NCBI GenBank assembly: GCA_050084515.1
Contig: CM114271.1
Span: 19,034,001-19,098,000 of the forward strand
Origin: Blasia pusilla
Taxonomy: Eukaryota
DNA length: 64,000 nucleotides
Direction of reading: 5' to 3'
The notes under the pieces are model-generated. The model saw only the letters and a list, made by a program, of their open reading frames with translations. It was not told the origin of the DNA and searched no databases. Shown here one piece after another: positions 27,093 to 38,329 of the stretch; the first letter of the stretch is position 1; every line of letters starts with the position of its first letter. Made by a program: the position numbers and the translations under genes.

Positions 27093-27685
27093 ATTTTGGG
27101 GGATAGATCGGTTCGGAGAGATTGCTTGTATCAGTAGCGGTTCTTACCATTTGGGTTGAAGAACGCGCCTGTAGAGTTTCAGAGAGTGATGGATAGGATT
27201 CTGGCTGGCTTGGATTTTGTACGATGTTACATAAATGATATTCTTATCTTCAGTTCCACGGTTGAGGAGCATGAGCGACACTTGGAGGAGGTATTTCGGC
27301 GATTTTAGTTACATGGATTGAAGTTACATCCAGGCAAGTGCAGATTCTTTCACGAGCTGATTGAGTACTTGGGACACACCATATACCCGAGTGGGTTAGG
27401 CGTTCAGCAGACGAAGGTAGAGGCTATTGTGCAGATTCCACGCCCTACAGATGTGAGTCGAGTCCGATCATTTCTTGGACTGGCGAACTTCTATCAACGG
27501 TATGTCAAGGGTTTTAGTTGGATCGCAAAGTCTTTGACCTTGTTGACGAGACTTGATCAGGTTTGGTTGTGGGGAGATGATCAGGAGCGAGCATTTCAGG
27601 AGCTCAAGGACAGATTGACGTCCTCACCCATTTTACAGATACCCGTTAGGGGTCGCCCATTCCAGTTACATACGGATTGGAGCAT
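27093..27685 (+). pseudogene. pol: Reverse transcriptase C-terminal half and RNase H start (copy 1)
   Basis: FWGID..DCLYQ*RFLPFGLKNAPVEFQRVMD...CYINDILIFS (YIDD decayed), KLHPGKC, EYLGH, FLGLANFY, FQLHTDWS. Confidence 0.92.
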
Positions 27686-27711
27686 TTAGGGTTTAGGGTT
27701 TAGGGTTTAGG
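27685..27711 (+). repeat. Telomeric repeat insertion (TTTAGGG)3+TTTAGG at a rearrangement junction
   Basis: Perfect plant telomere repeats interrupt RNase H right after ...GATTGGAGCA. Confidence 0.92.
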
Positions 27712-27737
27712 CTGCCCTCAACTCCCCCACCCTAAAG

Positions 27738-29423
27738 CCACATCTCACAATGGATGCTTATTTGGGCTCAGGGAGTCGATCTCAGGTGGTGACACGGGAT
27801 GATACACCACCATTGGCCATGGCCAATAGGGTGGGGGAGTTGAGGGCAGCCTTACCTACGTTGGTGAGATGACACTTGGAGGAGGTATTTCGGCGATTGC
27901 AGTTACATGGACTGAAGTTACATCCAGGCAAGTGCAGATTCTTTCACGAGCTGATTGAGTACTTGGGACACACCATATACCCGAGTGGGTTAGGAGTTTA
28001 GCAAACAAAGGTAGAGGCTATTGTGCAGATTCCACGCCCTACAGATGTGAGTCAAGTCCGAGCGTTTATTGGCCTAGCGAACTTCTATCGACGGTATGTC
28101 AAGGGTTCTAGTTGGATCGCAAAGTCTTTGACCTTGTTGACGAGACTTGATCAGGTTTGGTTGTGGGGAGATGATCAGGAGCGAGCATTTCACGAGCTCA
28201 AGGACAGTTGACGCGTCCTCACCCATTTTCTGAGATACCGTTAGGGGTCGCCCATTCCAGTTACATACGGATTGGAGCATGTTGGGTCTAGGAGCAGTGC
28301 TTACTCAGAGGGATGACGAGGAGAGGGAGTTCGTTGTGGCTTACGTGAGCCGATCGAAAAACATTGCAGAGGGGAAGTACAGCTCCTACGAGGGAGAGTG
28401 CTTGGCTGCAATGTGGGCCGTGGCACATTTTAGGTGCTATTTATTCGGCAACCCTTTCACACTTATCATTGATCATCAGCCGTTAAGGTGGTTGATGGAG
28501 TCCGACAAGCTTACGGGAAAGCTTGCTAGGTGGGCTCTATTACTACAAGAGTATGAGTTTGAGATGGTTCATAGGCCAGGTCGGCTGAACCAGGATGCGG
28601 ATGGGTTGAGTCGTAACCCATGTCCGAGTTAGAGAGATGACACAGGAGCTCGATGGCACGGAGAGAGTGATGAGGAGATGGTGCCCGGGTGGCATGCATC
28701 TGGCTATCTTTGTTGGTTGACTATGGTAGGTCAGCCACAGGTGAAGACTCCAGTGGTGGGATTGGATGATGAGTCTTTGGATCTGGAGGTTAGTGAGGAG
28801 GCGACAGGTGGTCGTGATATCCATGACGACGTGGAGGTTGTGGAGTTCTTGCGCACTGGCGTCATTGCGAGTACAGTGAGTGCTAGGGAGTGGGATCGGA
28901 TCCTACAGAGAGCCAAGAGGGTATGGGGAGATGGTAGGATACGAGTGGTACCTCATCCTTCCCAGCGAGCACGTGTAGTGCGACATGCCCATGAGGAGTT
29001 GGGACATTTTGGAGTAAAGCGTACTTACAGCTTACTCCAGGTTCAGTATTGGTGGCGCGGCATGCATATTGGGGTACAACAGTTTGTGGCCAGATGTATG
29101 GTATGTGACAGAGTGCGAGCATCCTACGTGTGCGCGAGGTATTACCGACCGGAGTCCTCATGTTGGAGGGACGGGATGGTATGGTTTGGAAGGATCATGT
29201 GCGCAATTGTGCGCCATGTCATCTTCTGAACGTAGATGGGACGGTGGATCCGAGCTTGGTAGTGGTACCTGCAGGCTTGAGGTGTATGTTGTGCGGATCT
29301 GCGAGGGGTGCAGCCATCATGTTGGTATGTGATGGTTGTTCTCGAGGGTGGCATATGTCATGTCTGACCCCCCCTCTTGATGTTGTTCCCACGGGACGAT
29401 GGATGTGTCCGAGATGTGTATAG
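27738..29423 (+). pseudogene. pol: pol copy 2: DNMT tail, RT end, RNase H, integrase Zn finger and PHD; integrase core deleted
   Basis: Near-identical to 30601-33120 but lacks the rve core (junction ~29124) and has a further short deletion at ~28920. PHD CMLC...CDGC...WH..C...WMCPRC is intact at 29283-29423. Confidence 0.9.
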
Positions 29424-29500
29424 GGTAGTAGGTCATGTCAGAGAGATGTGATATTTTCTATCTGGAGTTAGGGGGATCCAACTGCCAGCTAGGGGGCGGT

Positions 29501-30260
29501 TGTGTGATCTCTATGTATATGTATGAGTTGATTTTTGTACATGTGTGGATCGACCCGTGTGTGGGGAAGATCGGTGTTTTGTGGTGTAGATGTGACGAGC
29601 GATGTATGTTGTGTAGCGATATGTATGCGCACGATAGCTGTCACATCTAAGTAGCCGATAGGCCGAGATCTATCGTGGATAGGGCGTAGGAGCCAGCGGA
29701 CTATCTTGAGTGTAACTTTGTCCCACGATGTGGGATGAGGTTGAGATAGGTCCATTGTGTCAGGAATTTTGTTTCTGACAACTTTCATGTTGAGGTCTTT
29801 CATAGCCGGGTGACTTGTTGACCAGGTCACGCGCCCCTAGTAACTTGTGCGCGTCAGGTTACCAAGGGAAGGGCTATTTTTAGGGGAAGAGCCTTTTGGC
29901 TCCTCCCAACCCTATATAAGAGAGGAAGATGGCTTTCCTAAGCCATCTTTCTCATGTTGGGCCGTTGGAGCACCTCCCTTGTATGTGTGCGAGCTAGGAC
30001 TAGGGTGCTAGCGTCCGGATTCCTTGATAGCACAAGGTGGACGAGGCTCGATATGCCGATGTAGAATGAGGAGTGGAGTTTTAGGCCGGGTCTGCCGTTT
30101 TTACTACTCTTTATTTTTGTGAGTTGTGTGATCTCCATATATATGTATGAGTTGATTTTTGTACATGTTTTGATCGATCCGTGTGTGGGGAAGATCGGTG
30201 TTGTGTGGTGTAGATGTGACGAGCGATGTATGTTGTGTAGCGATATGTATGCGCACGACA
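29501..30260 (+). repeat. Internal LTR region, A-B-A layout (A 29501-29636, B 29639-30118, A 30125-30260)
   Basis: Direct comparison of the repeated segments; follows PPT-like AGGGGGCGGT. Confidence 0.9.
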
Positions 30261-30261
30261 G

Positions 30262-30735
30262 ATTGCTGGAGGGCCATGTTAGGGTCATTCGTCAGCTGGC
30301 CGAGGACTTGGATTGCAGGATCCGAGGTCAGGGATGTTTTGGGAGATGTTGAAAGTAGTACGACACTTGCAGGAGAGTCGGACATGTTCTCCACCATACA
30401 TTTTAGAGAATGTTCCGTGGTTGGGAGACACTCGTGCAAGTGTGATGCCAAGTGTGCATCAGGTGAGGTCTTGGTTGGGACCTGCTATGTTGTTAGATGC
30501 AGCGAGAGTTGGGTCACGTGCCCATCGTCTACGATTATGGTGGACGAATCTGATACCATCAGAGGTATTGAGTCGAGCATACGATGGAGTCGAGAGAGTA
30601 CCACATCTCACAATGGATGCTATTTTGGGCTCAGGGAGTCGATCTCAGGTGGTGACACGGGATGATATACCACCATTGGCCATGGCCAATAGGGTGGGGG
30701 AGTTGAGGGCAGCCTTACCTACGTTGGTGAGATGA
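30262..30735 (+). pseudogene. DNMT3-like cytosine-5 DNA methyltransferase fragment (motifs IV-VIII) inside the retrotransposon
   Basis: One frame reads IAGGPC*GHSSAGRGLGLQDPRSGMFWE (motifs IV/V; stop at 30280-30282 is CAG>TAG), YILENV (motif VI), and PAMLLDAARVGSRAHRLRLWWTNLIP (motifs VII/VIII). Confidence 0.88.
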
Positions 30736-33120
30736 CACTTGGAGGAGGTATTTCGGTGATTGCAGTTACATGGACTGAAGTTACATCCAGGCAAGTGCAG
30801 ATTCTTTCACGAGCTGATTGAGTACTTGGGACACACCATATACCCGAGTGGGTTAGGAGTTTAGCAAACAAAGGTAGAGGCTATTGCGTAGATTCCACGC
30901 CCTACAGATGTGAGTCAAGTCCGAGCGTTTATTGGCCTAGCGAACTTCTATCGACGGTATGTCAAGGTTTTTAGTTGGATCGCAAAGTCTTTGACCTTGT
31001 TGACAAGACTTGATCAGGTTTGGTTGTGGGGAGATGATCAAGAGCGAGCATTTCAGGAGCTCAAGGACATGTTGACGTCCTCACCCATTTTACAGATACC
31101 CGTTAGGGGTCGCCCATTCCAGTTACATACGGATTGGAGCATGTTGGGTCTAGGAGCAGTGCTTACTCAAAGGGATGACGAGGAGAGGGAGTTCGTTGTG
31201 GCTTACGTGAGCCGATCGAACAACATTGCAGAGGGGAAGTACAGCTCCTACGAGGGAGAGTGCTTGGCTGCAATGTGGGCCGTGGCACATTTTAGGTGCT
31301 ATTTATTCGGCAACCCTTTCACACTTATCATTGATCATCAGCCGTTAAGGTGGTTGATGGAGTCCGACAAGCTTACGGGAAAGCTTGCTAGGTGGGCTCT
31401 ATTACTATAGGAGTATGAGTTTGAGGTGGTTCATAGGCCAGGTCGGCTGAACCAAGATGCGGATGGGTTGAGTCGTAACCCATGTCCGAGTTAGAGAGAC
31501 GACACAGGAGCTCGATGGCACGGAGAGAGTGATGAGGAGATGGTGCCCGGGTGGCATGCATCTGGCTATCTTTGTTGGTTGACTATGGTAGGTCAGACAC
31601 AGGTGATGACTCCAGTGTTGGGGTTGGATGATGAGTCTTTGGATCCCGAGGTCAGTGAGGAGGCGACAAGTGGTCGTGATATCCATGAAGACGTGGAGGT
31701 TGTGGAGTTCTTGCGCACTTGCGTCATAGCGAGCACAATGAGTGTTACGGAGCGGGATCGGATCCTACAGCAAGCCAGGAGGTTCAGGTGGGAGGGGACT
31801 CATATTTTGCGGGTATGGGGAGATGGTAGGATACGAGTGGTACCTCATCCTTCCTAGCAAGCACGTGTAGTGCGACATGCCCATGAGGAGTTGGGATATT
31901 TTGGAGTAAAGCGTACTCACAGGCTTACTCTAGGTTCAGTATTGGTGGCGCGGCATGCATATTGGGGTACAACAATTTGTGGCCAGATGTATGGTATGTG
32001 ATAGAGTGCGAGCATCTTTCAATGTTCCCACTCCACAGTTACATCCTTTTCCGATTATGGGTTTAGGTTATTGGTGGAGTTTAGACTTTGCGGGACCTTT
32101 GCCATTGACGGGGAGTCATCATAGGTACGTGTTGATCATGGTGGAGCATTTCTCCAAGTGGATAGAGTTGGTGGCACTATCGGATAAGGCGAGCGAGGGA
32201 ACAACTTATGGGTTTCTAGGTCGTGTGCTTAGTCACTTTGGTGCACCGGTGGAGTTTTGACTGACTAGGGTACCGAGTTCAAGGGAGAGTTTCAGACCTT
32301 GTGTGATCAGGCGTTGATAGATCACCGTACCACGTCCAGAGATCATTCTGAGGCGGATGGGTTGGCGGAGAGAGTGGTACAAACGATGAAGAGAGGGTTG
32401 CGCAGGTATGGCTTGCAATGGGGACTGTTGAGGGAGTGGGACCTACAGTTGCCATGGTTGGCTATGGGTTATCGCTTTAGAAGGCAGGCATCTTTGGCAT
32501 CATTTTCACCTTACTTTTTGCTCTTTGGGAGAGAACCAGATTTACCTGCAGCCATTCAACGCAACATGGCGGAGGTGTTAGATCTTGATGATCCAGATGT
32601 GTGGGTACAAGCATGTTCTCAGAGGGCGGAGGTTTTTCGTAGAGTTATGCCTATGGCCTTCAAGAACTTAGCTATTGCTCACCATAGAGATACATTGAGG
32701 TATGCAACCATTCGTGGAGGAGGTTATCCTCCACGGATTAGGAGGTTTCATCTTAAAGATTACGTGTATTTAGAGCAGGCGGCACCCATGACGCTAGATG
32801 TCAGTGCAGGACGCACGATCCTACATGTGTGCGAGGTATTACCGACCGAAGTCCTCATGTTGGAGGAACGGGATGGTATGGTTTGGAAGGATCATGTGCG
32901 CAATTGTGCGCCATGTCATCTGCCAAACGTAGATGGGACAGTGGATCTGAGCTTGGAAGTGGTACCTGCAGGTTTGAAGTGTATATTGTGCGGATCTGCG
33001 AGGGATGCAACCACCATGTTGGTATGTGATGGTTGTTCTCGAGGGTGGCATATGTCATGTTTGACCCCCCCTCTTGATGTTGTTCCCACGGGATGATGGA
33101 TGTATCCGAGATGTGTATAG
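30736..33120 (+). pseudogene. pol: pol copy 3: RT end, RNase H, integrase (HHCC and rve DDE core) and C-terminal PHD finger, with multiple stops
   Basis: HEELG..G...WWRGM...C..CDR; WSLDFAGPLP, VEHFSKW, LTD*GTEF, ADGLAERVVQTMK; PHD from 32980 with a TGA stop at 33094. Confidence 0.93.
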
Positions 33121-33198
33121 GGTAGTAGGTCATGTCAGAGAGATGTAATATTTTCTATGTGGGGTTGGGGGAATCCAACCGGCAGCTAGGGGGGCGGT

Positions 33199-33952
33199 TG
33201 TGTGATCCACGTATATGTATGAGTTTATTTTTGTACATGTGTGGGTCGACCCGTGTGTGGGGAAGATCAATGTTGTGTGGTGTAGATATGACCAGCGATG
33301 TATGTTGTATAGCGATATGTATGTGCACGACAACTGTCATATCTGAGTAGCCGATAGGCCGAGATCTATCATGGATAGGGCTTAGGAGCGAGAGGACTAT
33401 CTTGAGTGTAACTTTCTCCCACAGTATCGGATAGGTTGAGGATAGGTCCATTGTGTCAAGAACGTCATTTCTGACAACTTTCATGTTGAGGTCTTTCACA
33501 GCCGGGTGACTTGTTGACTAGGTCACCCGCCCCCTTGGTAACCTGTGCGCGCAGGTTACCAAGGGGATAGCTAATTTTAAGGGAAGAGCCTTTTGGCTCT
33601 TCCCAACCCTATATAAGAGAAGAAGATGGCTTCTTAAGCCATCTTTCTCATGTTAGGCCATTGGAGCACCTCTCTTGTATGTGTGTGAGATAGGACTAGG
33701 GTGCTAGCGTCCGGATTCTTTGATAGCACAGGGTGGACGAGGCTCGATATGGTGATGTAGATTGAGGAGTGGAGTTTTAGGCCGGGTGTGCTATTTTTAC
33801 TACTCTCTATTTTTGTTGTGTGATCTTCATGTATATGTATGAATTGATTTTTGTACATGTGTGGATCAACCCGTGTGTGGGGAAGATCGGTGTTGTGTGG
33901 TGTAGATGTGACCAGCGATGTATGTTGTGTAGCGATATGTTTGCACACGACA
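33199..33952 (+). repeat. 3' LTR region, A-B-A layout (A 33199-33332, B 33335-33814, A 33817-33952)
   Basis: Same organisation as 29501-30260; ends ...GCACACGACA. Confidence 0.9.
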
Positions 33953-36227
33953 GTCTTGTGACAACATTATGATTCTTCATAGATCTTAACCATCATGAGC
34001 ATTTTACACCTTTGGTAATGAGTTGTTATGAGATGAGAAATTTTGGATGCCATTTTGCAATATGCTGTTGGTGCGGTGAGCCAAAATTTATGTGTTTCTT
34101 TTGTATTTCATCTCAATTGATCCCACTTAACTTGACTTAAGTTGAAGTGTTTTGGACTTGACTATAATATGACCCTAACCGTTAAGAAATATTGAAGCCC
34201 TTGCAAAATATTTTGGAAGAGTGAAGATTAACGACATGCAATAAATGATGTATAGTAAGATTATTTTGTAGGTCATCATGCTAATTTTCCAATTTAATTC
34301 AAGTTTTTGAAAATTTGCATTGAGGCCTTTTAAACTAGGCTAAATATTTTTTGAGAGCTTTATGAAGAAATTCATCATGAAATTATTCCAAAACTCTTAA
34401 GCACGTGTGACCCATACAATCCAAAATAATATATTATGAAACATCATGGAGATCCTCGTAGATAGTGTATTTGTCTTTTTTTAGAAGATGAACATAAGGA
34501 AGGATTAAAAGATTTAATGTAAAAGTGGGTTTATGTAATATTATTCAGCTCATTAACCTAGTATTAGCTTGGAATTATATAAAAAATCACATTCAAGTGC
34601 CCTCTATAGTAAAAGAAGTACCCTCATACTTTACGAATTCTCTACTGAAAATAATAAAATTCATTTCCCACGGACCCTGTAGTAGTCTCTAATAACAACT
34701 CCAAATCCATTGATGAAACTAAATTTCTTTGGACTTAGAGGAAACATAAGTAATTAGGAGAAAAGTAGTTGAATGTGTTATTATTTTGTTTGTACCATAT
34801 TATATAATCGACATTGCAAAACTACTAGGGAGAGTGAGAAATAATTGAATAGTGAAAAAATATTACCGGGTGAAAACTGATTAGGTGTTCAAAGGAATCC
34901 ATCTTTATTAGTTTATTATACAAATAAAAGAGTTAGTGATATTTGTGTCAGAATCTCAATTACTTTACTATCCCTACATTTTATTATCATTTCTCCTTTT
35001 GACACGTCTTTTTTAAGCCTATAAAATCATTTTTTTAAAGTTAATAGGATCATTCAAATTCAATTGAATAAGTAAAAAATATTTAATGGAATATCATAAT
35101 ATTTTGGCATCTAATTATTTTTCCAAAAGTGTAAAAATTAAACTATAAATACCATACGAAACAATTTAACTAATGTAATGACATATTTATAAGATCCAGA
35201 ACCACATGTAATTGAATCGTTTCATTCTTAAAACGTAAGAAAAAAGTTGGGAGTGGAGGTGGATACCTCGAATGCCAGATTTCCTTTAATTTCGTGTCAT
35301 CGTTCGAATGCACATATTATTATTACATCAGAATAAAATAAAAACGAAATCACCGTTTGTTCTCCACGTGAATTCTTCCCCTAATATAGTCCGTGTTCAG
35401 CGTCTATTCGGGCTCTAAAACCCCAGATTCTGCCTAGCTTATTTTTGGGGTTTTAGACCCCGCCAAAAGGTGGGGTGGAGGACTAGGTAGAGGAACTGAC
35501 GCAAAAGCCCTCGCGAGGCGAGGGCAGGTTCACGAAAGTCGCTGGTGATGTTGACTCGCGTCAACGCGCTAGATATGGCCAGTTGATGATGACGGAAAAC
35601 TGCAGATTTTATCGAGCAAGGGCGTTGGCTCTACGGGTACTTTGTGCATGGAAGAATGGATGAAAGGGAGAAGTTCACGGAGCGGAGGGCGTCGCACGTC
35701 GGCAGTTAATTATGCCGTGCATTTTGCAGAGCACGAGTTTCAGCACGTGCATGCTCGAGTCTCCACTGACGAATTCCCAGTTTCCCGCAGCTCCTTGACC
35801 AAAAACACGCCTCTTTCTGGACAATCAAAAGTCCGCTTCGCATGATTAGCTTTCGGGATGAACGAGTACCCGTCGAGCGCGCAGTCGATCTACAAGAGTC
35901 ACGAGACGGAGAGCAACTGGACTGTCACCATCCGCGTACTGTGCGCACGACCTGTTCGGATTCGAATCATCGCTCCGGACTCCGGATCGGCGGGTCAACC
36001 GTCACATGGAAGCATTCCATTGCCTCATGTAGAGTTCGGGCGTCTCAAGATCCTCGCCGGACCGTAACGTTCGTGTTTCCGGAGCCGAGTCGATCGCGAT
36101 CGAGTTCAGTGTACGCTGTGGGATCCAGTTCAGAACGATGCAACGGAGACGGGATCTGAACTCGTCGTCTTTGGTCGGGCCCTGGCCCTTGTGGGAATGA
36201 GAGGATGACTGACGCCTCGCGTGAGTG

Positions 36228-36572
36228 CGTCCAGGTGTTTAGGGTGTGTGCGCGTCACTCTGAATGGAAAGCCCGCTGCAAGAGAATCCCTCGGACCCTC
36301 ACGATAGCCGTAGAACTGGCCAGTAGACGTGGAGAACTGGCTGACAAATCCACTCCCTCCTCTTTTATGGCTGCTTGGATGCGTCCAGGTGTGTGCGCGT
36401 TGCTCTGAATGGAAAGCCCGCTGCAAGAGAATCCCTCGGACCCTCACGATAGCCGTAGAACTGGACAGTAGACGTGGAGAACTGGCTGACAAATCCACTC
36501 CATCCTCTTCCATGGCTGCTTGGATGCCGATGACTGACAAACCACTCCCTCCTCTTCCATGGCTGCTTGGAT
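36228..36572 (+). repeat. Recent local tandem duplication (~150-bp unit x2 plus a partial ~40-bp third copy)
   Basis: CTCTGAATGGAAAGCCCGCTGCAAGAGAATCCCTCGGACC...ATGGCTGCTTGGATGC is repeated almost exactly. Confidence 0.9.
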
Positions 36573-37865
36573 TCCAATGAAGAGTCTGCTGACGGGGACT
36601 GAAATGCGTACAGTTTCTTGATGTGCAAGCATTGACACTCGAAAGTGGCAACATGCTACTGGTCCGGTGCATACACGTTAAGTGTCACACACGTTTCGTC
36701 TAATTTCATACATACACTACAATTTAAGAGGATGTAGTTTGATTTCCCAATTTCTACATTTGTTGCGACATGTGCAGAGCGGGCTCATTTTAGGATTGTA
36801 ATGATGATAGTTTTCAAGAATTATGTATGAATTTGTTGAGCATCAAAATTTTGTAATAATGGTAGTTTTAAAGAATCATGTCGAAATTTGTTGAATGTTG
36901 TATAAAGTTTCCGCATTGAAATCATTTACTAGAATGTCTTCTAAGTTTCCAATTTGAAAATGGTATCTTTTCTCCGAGTTTCAAGGTTAAGAGGAATATT
37001 TGGTGGAAATTTTGGAGATATTTTCGAACATAGAGTTACGGAATACTCGATTTACCAATTGTCACATAAAAATTCTACATCAAAGATTTGAAAGTTTTCT
37101 TTTAATAGTAGGTTTACTTAAAATCTTCCTCACTTGGATTGATTCCTCCTATGAAATACAAAGCCAAAGAAAAAGGTCTTTGTGAGGTTCTCCTTGGGGA
37201 AATGTTCGTTATGGGGTGTCTAGCTTCATACGAGAAAAAGTGGACCACCATGTTATAGATCCCTTCTTCAACGGAAATGAAGAATATGAGTGGGAACTGA
37301 ATCGAATTTCCAGCCCCATTCTTGCTTTTCAATGATTTAAAGGAATCTATCCCATCATCTTTATTTGTTGGAGGCAACATTTCCCATGATATTTGACATG
37401 CTTAATACTTACAAGGTAATATAATGCTCGTGCATAGCAATGCACAAACATTTTTTATGATATATATATATACTTATGTTAATTCTAAATATTCAAATTT
37501 GTTCCATCTAATAAGTGATTGTGAATGGCAAATCGAGACACCGAATTCTCTTCCTAGCAAGGACCAAGTAAAAAATCAAGAAACTATTAAAAAACGAAGT
37601 CCACCAACTCCATATGAACTGCTCTTAGGAAGGAAACAAGAAAGAAATAATCTCAGAAAGATAGAGTCAAGAATCTGTAGCGTAAATGGGGTACCATAAC
37701 TCTCGTCTACATATCTGCATGTGCAAAAAGATCGTACGTGCGCACGATCAATCGTGTAGTCATCGACTTTACTATGCGGTTAACTAACCGGAAACCGGCT
37801 GGGCTGGGCTCATTTGTAAACGCCGTCCTAAAGAGCGAAAGCTTAGGAAGTTTCCCTGCCGAAAA

Positions 37866-38260
37866 AGTGGTTTCGTTACGTTAAGAACTGAACGGCATAC
37901 GTCTGGGACTCCCAATACTCAGCCGCCAACGGCGGCCAACGTGTGAAAGGAGAAATCCTTTTTAGCCTTGCCGCTGCCGCACATACGAGTGAGAATTCGC
38001 AAACGAACTCAGTTGGGAGTATATTTATATATACCCGCTAAATAAAGGAAGCATTTCCTTACGCTCGACTATCTACACTAGAGCATTTCTCTACGCCCGA
38101 CTCGTGATAGTCCCACTGAATGTAGAAAATTTCCGTGCTGATAAGCCTGTAAAGTGGTTCCCTTCGTTATAGTTAGAAGTAAACGGCGTACTTGTGAGAT
38201 CCCGATACTCAGCCGCCAAAGGCGGCCGACGTGTAAGAAATAATTCCTCTCTCTAGTCTG
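37866..38260 (+). repeat. Diverged direct repeat (~285-bp period) with a GCCGCC-AA(C/A)-GGCGGC hairpin
   Basis: ATACTCAGCCGCCAACGGCGGCCAACGTGT (~37915) vs ATACTCAGCCGCCAAAGGCGGCCGACGTGT (~38205). Confidence 0.75.
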
Positions 38261-38329
38261 GCGGCAGCCCCTCCCCTCAAACTGGTTAGAATTCCTAATT
38301 TTTTATTTTTTTAAAATAAATTTAAATTC

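Larger units (their letters stand above)
22110..33952 (+). mobile_element. Defective, rearranged Ty3/Gypsy LTR retrotransposon complex; inferred order gag-PR-DNMT-RT-RH-INT-PHD, with a duplicated 3' half
   Basis: Three copies of a ~480-bp TG-starting terminal repeat (22110, 29639, 33335); gag zinc knuckles, protease LLDSGA, RT LPFGLKNAP..YIND, RNase H, rve integrase and PHD; purine-rich PPT-like tract at 29490-29500 and 33187-33198. Confidence 0.95.

Noticed and set aside
30262-30735. Host DNMT3/DRM gene or bacterial restriction-modification contamination
   Set aside because: The segment is intronless, fused to RT sequence in two copies, embedded between LTR segments and similar in composition to the surrounding pol. 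Better explained as part of the retroelement, though one-off capture is not formally excluded.
22105-33957. 5-bp TSD for the Gypsy complex
   Set aside because: The flanks AGGCT and GTCTT do not match; a 4/5 match needs the boundary shifted into the terminal TG.
35640-36700. GC-rich ORF cluster as a protein-coding gene
   Set aside because: No recognisable domain or consistent splice model; ORF length is inflated by the local tandem duplication.
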